Shown piece after piece: positions 47,601 to 54,673 of a DNA stretch of 54,673 nt. Within the stretch, counting starts at the first letter, position 1; the number at the start of each line of letters is the position of its first letter. Source of the stretch: a virus (taxonomy: Duplodnaviria > Caudoviricetes); IMG/VR virus record IMGVR_UViG_3300020160_003718, positions 1 to 54,673 of that record. The stretch is one strand, 5' to 3'. Below the pieces are notes generated by a model, which searched no databases, was not told where the DNA came from, and was given only the letters and a program-made list of their open reading frames with translations. Position numbers and translations under genes: made by a program.

Positions 47601-48607
47601 AAGAAAAACCGCTCTATTTGAGCGCATCAAAAATCAAAACATTTACCTCATGCTCATGGCAGTATTTCGCATCGTATAATTTAAAAATTCCACAAAGTGG
47701 CAATAGTGGAGCCTCAAGGGGGACAGTTGTTCATAACTTGTTTGAACTTATCGCAAAGCCAAAGCACAATCATTATATCAAAAAAATATGGCTGGCGGGC
47801 AGTCCCGAAAAAATTCCAGCAATTAAAAAGTTTCTTGAAAAACAGTTCTCGTATGAGAAGTTGAATAAGTCTGAAGAAGTAAAGCCCATCAAAGTTAAAT
47901 ATGGCGTTAAAAATAATTGGGAGAGCGTGTGCGAAATGGTGATGGTCACGCTTAAATTTGAATTTATTGACACCAGTAATCATAAGGTAATTCATTCGGA
48001 GTATGAATTTGACATAGTGAACGATAGCCCGAAATACGCAGTTAGAGGTTTTATCGACAGGCTCTCTGAAGAGAATGATGGAAAAACCCTTAAAATCCTA
48101 GACTATAAAAGCTCTTCAAAGAAATTCAAAGGAGAAGACGAAGATTCAAATATTCAAGCAATGATTTATTCATTAGTTGCTAGAAAAATTTGGAAAAATT
48201 ATGATCAGTACAAGGCTAGTTTTTTCTTCATGAGATTTCCAGAGGATCCATATCAACATAGCGAATTCTCAGAAAACGAATTGGATGGACTTGAGCATTA
48301 TTTAGAATATATCACAGATATTCTTAAAAATTTAAATGAAGAAACCGCTAAAAACAATATGGCTTCAAAAGATAGAGAGAAGTCCTGGCTTTGCGGAAGG
48401 GGAAAATGGGTCTGTCCATATAGGGATAAATTAAAATTCTTTAAAATTAAAGATCCAACCAAGGAAGGAAAAGACTCGGAAATATCCTCGCATTTAAAAA
48501 AAGAAGACGCGGAAGAAAAAATCAAAAAAAATAAAAACTGGATTATCGAAGAAGCCTATTACGATGGATGCCCATCGTTCAAAGCCAACGACTCATTCTT
48601 CCCTTGA
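47585..48607 (+). CDS. PD-(D/E)XK RecB/AddB/Cas4-like exonuclease
   Basis: LSASKI..F..C, GTVVH, RGFIDRL, ILDYKS, Q..IY and a C-terminal Cys cluster (LCG..CPY..C). Confidence 0.85.
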   Translation: MEEQLEEKPLYLSASKIKTFTSCSWQYFASYNLKIPQSGNSGASRGTVVHNLFELIAKPKHNHYIKKIWLAGSPEKIPAIKKFLEKQFSYEKLNKSEEVKPIKVKYGVKNNWESVCEMVMVTLKFEFIDTSNHKVIHSEYEFDIVNDSPKYAVRGFIDRLSEENDGKTLKILDYKSSSKKFKGEDEDSNIQAMIYSLVARKIWKNYDQYKASFFFMRFPEDPYQHSEFSENELDGLEHYLEYITDILKNLNEETAKNNMASKDREKSWLCGRGKWVCPYRDKLKFFKIKDPTKEGKDSEISSHLKKEDAEEKIKKNKNWIIEEAYYDGCPSFKANDSFFP

Positions 48608-48641
48608 AAAGGTATTAAAAAAAATATATTGTTACCATACG

Positions 48642-49400
48642 ATGATTATTCCAGCTTTCAAGTCTCACTATTCTCTAAATAAGAGCATACTCACTTTAGA
48701 AAAAGATCATGGCGCTTCTGGTCCAAAGTCAATTTTAAAATTGATAAAGGATCATAGTCTAGAAAACTCTTTTCTTATTGAAGACAATATGAGTAGCTTT
48801 TTAGAGGCTTATTACAACTCTAAAGATTGCGGTGTTAAATTAAACTTTGGACTAAGGTTGACTTTTTGTGCCGATATAGACGATAAAAGTGAAGCTTCTA
48901 TAAAAACTGAATCAAAATATATAATTTTTTTAACCGAGTCGGGCGGGTACGAGGCTTTAAGCAAAATTTTTTCCATAGCGGCGTCTCGCGGCTTTTATTA
49001 CTTGCCAAGAATGGATTTTAAAACCCTCAAGCAGGAATGGAATGACTCGCTAGATATCGGCGTTCCATTTTATGACAGTTTTCTTTTCAATAATCATATG
49101 AAAATGTACAACTGTCTTCCTCCTGATTTTTGGAGCTGTCCAACATTTTTTTGGGAAGATAATTCAACGCCTTTCGACAAAATTTATAAATCGGCTCTGT
49201 CAAAACATATGGATAAAAATTATCCAGAGTGCGAGTTGATTAGAACCCAATCTATTTACTATGAAATGAAAGACGATTTTCTTGCCTATTTGACAATGAG
49301 ATGCATTGGTAAAAAATCAACATTGCAAAAACCCAATCTGGACCATATGTGTAGTGATGAATTTTGTTTGGAATCTTATCTTGAAAAAATTGAGGAATAA
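48642..49400 (+). CDS. Stand-alone PHP-like domain of DNA polymerase III alpha
   Basis: Start reassigned to MIIPAFKSHYSL..SIL. Also ED, K..FGLRL, GYEAL.KI.S and GFYYLPRMDF. Confidence 0.8.
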   Translation: MIIPAFKSHYSLNKSILTLEKDHGASGPKSILKLIKDHSLENSFLIEDNMSSFLEAYYNSKDCGVKLNFGLRLTFCADIDDKSEASIKTESKYIIFLTESGGYEALSKIFSIAASRGFYYLPRMDFKTLKQEWNDSLDIGVPFYDSFLFNNHMKMYNCLPPDFWSCPTFFWEDNSTPFDKIYKSALSKHMDKNYPECELIRTQSIYYEMKDDFLAYLTMRCIGKKSTLQKPNLDHMCSDEFCLESYLEKIEE

Positions 49401-49402
49401 AA

Positions 49403-50053
49403 ATGGAAGAAAATCTTATTAGATTCAACAAGAAGGTAAAACTTCTTTTTATTGACTTTGAAACTGCAAATCTATGCCTTAATTATAGATTTAATTTGCC
49501 GTGGCAAATGGCTTTAATAAATACCGTTGGCGGAGAACCAGTTGACGCAGGAAAAGATATTCTTATTAATTGGGGCGATGATTTTAAATTTTCTAAAGGT
49601 GCCGAAGCAATGGCTTATTCCTACTCTCAAGAGAGGATGGACAAGGAAGGGCTTAAACCAATAGATGCTCTAAAAATTTTATCTGAAAATTTAAATAATT
49701 GCGATGGAATTGTTGGTCATAACATTCTTGGCTTTGATATTTATTTAATTAAATGCATGTACAATAAACTTGGAAGACCGTATCCGGATATTCTTTCAAA
49801 GAAGCCAATATTTGATACTTTCGCTATGGCTAAAGGCTATTTTAACAATATACCATATCAAAAAGGGAATGATTTTGCTTTTTATCAATACAAAGTATTA
49901 AATCAAATCATTAAAGGATCAAAAAACTCACTATCAAAGGTTGCATCTAATTTCAACATAGCTTATGATGAATCAAAGCTGCACGATGCACTTTACGATC
50001 TTCATCTAAACGTGCAAGTCTGGAATAAATTAAAGTTTCAAGTAGATATTTAA
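49403..50053 (+). CDS. dnaQ: DEDDh 3'-5' exonuclease (Pol III epsilon-like)
   Basis: FIDFET, VGHNILGFD, FDT and HDALYD. Confidence 0.85.
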   Translation: MEENLIRFNKKVKLLFIDFETANLCLNYRFNLPWQMALINTVGGEPVDAGKDILINWGDDFKFSKGAEAMAYSYSQERMDKEGLKPIDALKILSENLNNCDGIVGHNILGFDIYLIKCMYNKLGRPYPDILSKKPIFDTFAMAKGYFNNIPYQKGNDFAFYQYKVLNQIIKGSKNSLSKVASNFNIAYDESKLHDALYDLHLNVQVWNKLKFQVDI

Positions 50054-50056
50054 ATT

Positions 50057-51844
50057 ATGTTTTTAGAAAAATTCAAACCAATTACCTTGCCGTTGCATGG
50101 CGTAAGATGTCCATCAATCACCCTTGACCCAAGAGACAGGGTAGAATATGGAATTAAAAATGATGCTACAAACCTTGAAATTTTGCAAACATTATGCAAT
50201 CAAGGATTTAAGAAAATGCTCCCCGCTTGGAAGGAGCAGGGCGGTAATATAGAAGAGTACAAAAGCCGAGTCAAATTTGAAGTTGAAACACTGTCAAAAT
50301 TAGATTTTGTTGACTATATATTGATTATATGGGACGTATTTAATTTTTGTAACAAGAACAATATTCCAACTGGACTTGGAAGAGGAAGTGCGGCGGGAAG
50401 TCTTGTATTGTATCTACTTGGGGTAACAGGAATTGATCCAGTTAAATATGGTTTATTTTTTCAAAGATTTGTTTCGGAGGTTAGGGCTAAAAAGCAAATT
50501 GTTGACGGCGTAACTTACCTAGATGGCAAAATGATTGCCGATATCGATAGCGACATTTGCTATTATCGACGCAAAGAGGTGGTGAAGTATTTGGAAGAAA
50601 AGTATCCAAACAGAACTTCCAAAATGTTGACGGTATCGACCTTATCTGGAAAGGCTCTTATCAAAGATGCTGGTAAAATTATCGGAGAAAAAGAAGAAAC
50701 CGAGATGAATAAAATAACATCTCTCTTTACATCTAAATATGGCAAAGTTGCAGAGCCAGAAGAAATGTATGAAACAAGTGAAGAGTTTAAAGATTGGTGC
50801 GATGAAAATAAATTAATTTATGATACCGCTCTAAAACTAAAAAACCTTATTAGGAATAAGGGCGTTCACGCTTCTGGAATTGTTGTCAGCTATGAAGATT
50901 TAAATAAAACAACACCAACCGAACTTACAGCAGACAAAGAAACCGTTTCATCTTTTACGATGGATTGGGCGACAAAGATTAATATCAAGCTAGATTTGCT
51001 TGGCTTGAAAAGCGTCTCTGTCATTCATGAAGTGTCCAAGTTGGTTGGGGTTGATTATAAAAGTATCGACTTGGAAAGTTATGAAAATATTTACGCGCAC
51101 CTTCAGGAGCTTAAAAATCCTAAAGGATTGTTTCAAATTGAAGCTGATACTAATTACAAAGTTTGTAAAAAAGTTCAGCCCAAAAATTTGGACCAGCTTA
51201 GCGCTGTTGTAGCGCTGGCAAGACCCGGGGCCTTAGCGTTTGTGGATCAGTATGCGGCATATGCTCAAACCGGCGTTTTTCCAGAGAATGGGGAGCAAAT
51301 TGACGCAATTTTAAAGGAAACGGGCGGGGCGGTTCTTTATCAGGAAAGCTTGATGGCTATCGGTCATAAGGTTTTTGGCTTAACGCTTTCCGAAGCAGAA
51401 GTTTTAAGGAAAATAGTTGGCAAAAAGAAATCAGATGAAATGCCCGAGTGGGAGAGCAAAATTTACGACAAAGCGAAAGAACTTGGAATCTCCAAAGAGA
51501 TTGCTGATTTTTACTGGAATGCTCTTAGCGACAGTGCAAATTATTCTTTTTGCAAGTGCCTTTCTCCAGAGACGATTGTTCAGAAAACGGGCGGTGAATA
51601 TATTCCAATGATAGATGCAAAAATTGGAGATAAAATATTTTCATTTAATCCGGACACGAATCAAACAGAAGAAGCCGAAATATTAGACATTATGCTCTCA
51701 GAGGCGGAAATGTTCGAATTCGAGATGGAAGATGGCAGACTAATCACATGCTCTATGGATCATAAGTTTATGTGTGAAGATAAAAAGATGAGAAAAATTT
51801 CAGAAATTTTATCGAACAATCACAAGATTGTGTGTATAGAATAG
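50057..51844 (+). CDS. dnaE: DNA polymerase III alpha, N-part (palm/thumb/fingers) fused to a split intein N-half
   Basis: GRGSAAGSLV, ADIDSD, GVHASG, KLDLLGL, LYQE, then NYSFCK|CLSPET. Confidence 0.93.
   Translation: MFLEKFKPITLPLHGVRCPSITLDPRDRVEYGIKNDATNLEILQTLCNQGFKKMLPAWKEQGGNIEEYKSRVKFEVETLSKLDFVDYILIIWDVFNFCNKNNIPTGLGRGSAAGSLVLYLLGVTGIDPVKYGLFFQRFVSEVRAKKQIVDGVTYLDGKMIADIDSDICYYRRKEVVKYLEEKYPNRTSKMLTVSTLSGKALIKDAGKIIGEKEETEMNKITSLFTSKYGKVAEPEEMYETSEEFKDWCDENKLIYDTALKLKNLIRNKGVHASGIVVSYEDLNKTTPTELTADKETVSSFTMDWATKINIKLDLLGLKSVSVIHEVSKLVGVDYKSIDLESYENIYAHLQELKNPKGLFQIEADTNYKVCKKVQPKNLDQLSAVVALARPGALAFVDQYAAYAQTGVFPENGEQIDAILKETGGAVLYQESLMAIGHKVFGLTLSEAEVLRKIVGKKKSDEMPEWESKIYDKAKELGISKEIADFYWNALSDSANYSFCKCLSPETIVQKTGGEYIPMIDAKIGDKIFSFNPDTNQTEEAEILDIMLSEAEMFEFEMEDGRLITCSMDHKFMCEDKKMRKISEILSNNHKIVCIE
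51557..51841 (+). mobile_element. Split intein N-half (95 aa)
   Basis: Block A CLSPETIV, I.D.KIGDKIFS and block B ITCSMDHKF, ending at a stop codon. Confidence 0.9.
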
Positions 51845-51845
51845 C

Positions 51846-52784
51846 ATGAGCTTATTAAAACTAGATTCACACTATCTCATACCAAAGAGCAATTTCAAAA
51901 TCTGCCTAATTGACAATAAAACAGATAAAGACATCATATCTATATATAATAAAAGGTCAGACGGCCCATACTACTTAGATAAATTTTGTAAGTATATCGA
52001 AAAATTTCATAATATTTCTATTATCGAGTATTGTGAAAAATATTTAAATATAAAATGGCCTAAATGCCCAAGCAAAAATACAAAAGTAGGATTCAGATGC
52101 AGGGGGAACGGCTTAATTTTAAGCATTTATTCAAGAGGGGGGGTGAATAAATCCACTTGTGAAAACTTTAAAAAAGGGTGTGAAAAGTTGTCGAAAGATA
52201 GAATTGGTAACAAAAATCCAATGCACGGCAAAAAACCCTGGAATCTCGGAAGATCTTATGAGAGCCCAAAGATGAAAGGTAGAAAGCTTTCCGCCGAACA
52301 TATAAATAAATTAAAACAAGCAAGAGCAAATAGTCCAATCAAAGCAAGGCATACTCAAAAACACTCCGAAGAAACAAAGCAAATATTAAAAATAAGACAA
52401 GCTGAAAAATGGAAAAATGGCGTTTTCAATAGAAAAACCTCAATAGAGTTCAAGGTAGAAGAGTTTTTAAAAGAAATTAATTTATCAGGCGATTTTAAAT
52501 TCCAGGAGCAGGTTGAGTACTTTACGCTTGACTTTGGTGACAATAAGCGTAAAATAGGAATAGAGTGTCAGGGGACGTTTTTTCATGTTGATCCTAGATT
52601 TTATCCAGATGGAGCAGTCTACCCAATTCAAAAAAGAAACCTGAGCAGGGATACAAGCAAAAGAAAATTTTTTAAAAAATTAAAATGGACAATAATAGAA
52701 TTGTGGGAAACGGAGATAAACAACGGGAGCTTCAAGGAAATACTAATGTCAAAATTGTTGGAATTAGGAGTTCTAGAAGCCTAG
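51846..52784 (+). CDS. Free-standing homing endonuclease (NUMOD3-like repeats plus Vsr/EDxHD-type nuclease)
   Basis: GNKNPMHGKKPWN, GRKLSAEH..KL and KHSEETK motifs; C-terminal LDF...IECQGTFFH...RD..K......W.IIELWETEI. Confidence 0.85.
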   Translation: MSLLKLDSHYLIPKSNFKICLIDNKTDKDIISIYNKRSDGPYYLDKFCKYIEKFHNISIIEYCEKYLNIKWPKCPSKNTKVGFRCRGNGLILSIYSRGGVNKSTCENFKKGCEKLSKDRIGNKNPMHGKKPWNLGRSYESPKMKGRKLSAEHINKLKQARANSPIKARHTQKHSEETKQILKIRQAEKWKNGVFNRKTSIEFKVEEFLKEINLSGDFKFQEQVEYFTLDFGDNKRKIGIECQGTFFHVDPRFYPDGAVYPIQKRNLSRDTSKRKFFKKLKWTIIELWETEINNGSFKEILMSKLLELGVLEA

Positions 52785-52861
52785 GCATTAAAAAAAGTAT
52801 AGATTTTGAAGTAAAAAATAGATTTCATAATTTTTTTGCTGAGGGTATGGTCACATCCAAT
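52685..52861 (+). mobile_element. Split intein C-half
   Basis: VKIVGIRSSRSLGIKKSIDFEVKNRFHNFFAEGMVTSN|S, with blocks F/G, terminal Asn and +1 Ser. Confidence 0.9.
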
Positions 52862-53965
52862 AGTCATGCCTTTTCCTATTCAGCAATGGCGGCTTTGACA
52901 ATTTATTTTAAATTCAACCACTCTAAAGAATTCTTTTTAGCTTTGCTTAGAATGGCTAAGAACGAACAAGATAGTCTTGGTGAAATTAGTACAATTAGTC
53001 AAGAAATGAAACATTTTGGAATCAAATTGCTTCCACCAGATTTGGCTAAAAGCCAAGAGGACTTTGAAATTGAGGGCAATAATATTAGATACGGACTGTC
53101 TGCCATTAAAGGCATTAGCAAAAAAGTAATTGAAAAAATGATCAATTTTAGAGGAGTTTATAATTCTAAAATAGATTTATTTGTTGCGGCAAAACAGGCA
53201 AAAATTTCTATTGGGGTTCTTTCTGCTCTAATACAAGCTGGCGCATTGGAAAGTTTAAATACCAAAACTCGTAGCCGATTAGTTTTAGAAGCTCAAACAT
53301 GGAATATCCTAAAAGATAAGGAAAAAATTCTAGTTAAACAACTAATTGAGCAAAATAAGTTCGAAGACGTGCTGACGGCTATCAAAGCCTTAAATACAGA
53401 AATCAAGGATGATAAAGGGAAATTGATTATTAAAGATTCAAGATTCTCCACCATCAAAAGGGATTATGAAAGATTTAAAACTATTTATTTGTTGAATAGT
53501 CGAAATGAGAATTTAGCAAATTTCTTTTACGAGAAGGAATTGCTTGGAATGCCATACAGCCAAAGCCTTAGTAAAATTTTTCAACAAAAAAATGAAAATA
53601 TTCAAAGCATTGAGCAATGCAACAATGCAAAAGAAAAAAGCTCTTTGTTTTTTGCTGGAATAGTTACCGATGTAACAAAAAGAACATCTAAAAATGGCAA
53701 TCCATATGTGAAATACGAACTATCCGATGAAGGTGGCAAAATAGAATGCTTTGTTTTCAGTAGCGAAAAAAGGGACAAGCTGGAGGAGGTAAAACAGAAT
53801 AATGCTGGAAAACTTCCCGAAGAAGGCGACGTGCTTATAGTTAAAGCGAATAAGAAAGATGGCAATGCCTGTTATGCTGAAAAAATAGGGATACAAAGTG
53901 CTAAAATATATATGGCTCTAAGAGATCTAAAAGATCAAGATTTAATTGAAGAAGAAGTGGTCTAA
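52685..53965 (+). CDS. dnaE: Split intein C-half plus DNA polymerase III alpha C-part (HhH, OB fold)
   Basis: SHAFSY, LLPPD, IRYGLSAIKGI, LIQAGAL, YEKELLG and SKNGNPY. Overlaps the endonuclease by 100 nt; exact start uncertain. Confidence 0.9.
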   Translation: MDNNRIVGNGDKQRELQGNTNVKIVGIRSSRSLGIKKSIDFEVKNRFHNFFAEGMVTSNSHAFSYSAMAALTIYFKFNHSKEFFLALLRMAKNEQDSLGEISTISQEMKHFGIKLLPPDLAKSQEDFEIEGNNIRYGLSAIKGISKKVIEKMINFRGVYNSKIDLFVAAKQAKISIGVLSALIQAGALESLNTKTRSRLVLEAQTWNILKDKEKILVKQLIEQNKFEDVLTAIKALNTEIKDDKGKLIIKDSRFSTIKRDYERFKTIYLLNSRNENLANFFYEKELLGMPYSQSLSKIFQQKNENIQSIEQCNNAKEKSSLFFAGIVTDVTKRTSKNGNPYVKYELSDEGGKIECFVFSSEKRDKLEEVKQNNAGKLPEEGDVLIVKANKKDGNACYAEKIGIQSAKIYMALRDLKDQDLIEEEVV

Positions 53966-53998
53966 ATTATAATATTAAGATTTAAAAAAAAACAAACT

Positions 53999-54478
53999 AT
54001 GAGTCTTAATAATATTCAATTTTATAAACCTAATTCTTCGAATAAGGGTGTCGCAGTTTCCGTGTCATTTAATCCTGCCGATAGTGGGATTTACGTATCG
54101 TTTATAAGGCAATTCAGCTGGGATGCCGGAAAGAAAATTGGATCCTTTAAAGGAAATAAAGATAATCCAAGGGCTAAGAAAAATATAAAATTCAACGACA
54201 TCGAGGTGTCTGGAATTATTAGAGCAATAGAAAAGGAAGAGAAGTGGTCTACCTTTCATAAGTTCAATAATGATTCCGGTGTGTCTATTTCTTTTGCCCC
54301 ATACATTAAAGACAATATAATGGCCGGATTTGGATTAAGAGTTTCTGATTCAAAAGATAAAGAAAATGTATTTTCAGTTGGCTTTACAAATGATGAAGCT
54401 GTAAAATTAAGAGAATGGTTGAAACTCAGCCTAGAGGAGTCGTTTAAAGTTGCAACTTCATCAAGTTCGGAAGAATAA
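53999..54478 (+). CDS. Hypothetical protein (possible Whirly/PC4-like ssDNA-binding fold)
   Basis: Two repeats of a beta-strands-plus-helix pattern (IKFNDIEV..II; VGFTNDEA..L); fold guess only. Confidence 0.5.
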   Translation: MSLNNIQFYKPNSSNKGVAVSVSFNPADSGIYVSFIRQFSWDAGKKIGSFKGNKDNPRAKKNIKFNDIEVSGIIRAIEKEEKWSTFHKFNNDSGVSISFAPYIKDNIMAGFGLRVSDSKDKENVFSVGFTNDEAVKLREWLKLSLEESFKVATSSSSEE

Positions 54479-54482
54479 TAAA

Positions 54483-54673
54483 ATGAGAAAAAAAAGAGTT
54501 CTTTTCCATTCCGATTTTGCCCTTGTGAAAACCGGATTCGGCAGAGTGATGAAAACCCTTCTGTCGCATTTATATAAAACTGGCAAATATGATATTCATC
54601 ACGTTTGTTGTGGTATAACTCAAAATACTCCAGAGCTTCAGCAGACGCCATGGAAAAGTTACGGGGCAATAAC
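54483..54673 (+). CDS. 5' part of a GT-B glycosyltransferase (runs off the window)
   Basis: MRKKRVLFHSDFALVKTGFGRVMK.LL..L..., a typical GT4 N-terminus; open to the window end. Confidence 0.65.
   Translation, partial: MRKKRVLFHSDFALVKTGFGRVMKTLLSHLYKTGKYDIHHVCCGITQNTPELQQTPWKSYGAI

Noticed and set aside
47585-48607. Cas4 as evidence of a CRISPR system
   Set aside because: A solo RecB/Cas4-like nuclease in a replication operon is common in phages; no array or other cas genes are present.
51846-52784. Group I intron carrying the endonuclease
   Set aside because: The ORF abuts the intein N-half (1 nt) and overlaps the C-half (100 nt), leaving no room for a ribozyme core. The flanks have protein-splicing motifs.
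2151-54669. Numerous short alternative-frame or antisense ORFs in the track (e.g. 2151, 2894, 5122, 21429, 32855, 53602, 54256)
   Set aside because: They overlap well-supported genes and have no motifs; 54256..54669 overlaps the + strand glycosyltransferase start at 54483.

Overview
AT-rich segment of a tailed dsDNA bacteriophage, probably with a long non-contractile tail because no sheath gene is recognisable. All calls come from reading motifs by eye; no searches were run. About 1-26.7 kb is a + strand virion module: a 23-aa repeat protein, putative neck and tail-completion genes, a major tail protein, chaperone-position genes, a 3145-aa tape measure protein (TMP) and tail-tip genes. About 26.7-29.5 kb is a short - strand operon that includes a GlcNAc-transferase-like gene, followed by a promoter-containing non-coding gap. 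About 29.9-54.7 kb is a + strand module with dNMP kinase, a phage sigma factor, an SSB-like protein, nrdB/nrdA/dut, a glycan cluster (several glycosyltransferases, a methyltransferase, glf, gmd), recA-like, dnaB, primase and RecB/Cas4-like nuclease genes, and a fragmented Pol III (stand-alone PHP, epsilon-like exonuclease, two-part dnaE). Best candidate for an undescribed system: the TMP carries an internal ~1080-aa array of unrelated enzyme-like modules (two PD-(D/E)XK-like, GNAT, HExxH metallopeptidase, HAD phosphatase). Each module is bounded by one of eight copies of a [SG]G[FY][VI]PN[FL] peptide, which suggests a cleavable, swappable cargo of injected effectors. Also notable: a naturally split DnaE intein with a free-standing NUMOD3/Vsr-type endonuclease between its halves, a recurrent GTGTAW putative late-promoter motif, two small ORFs missed by the track, and a possible virion glycosylation system.
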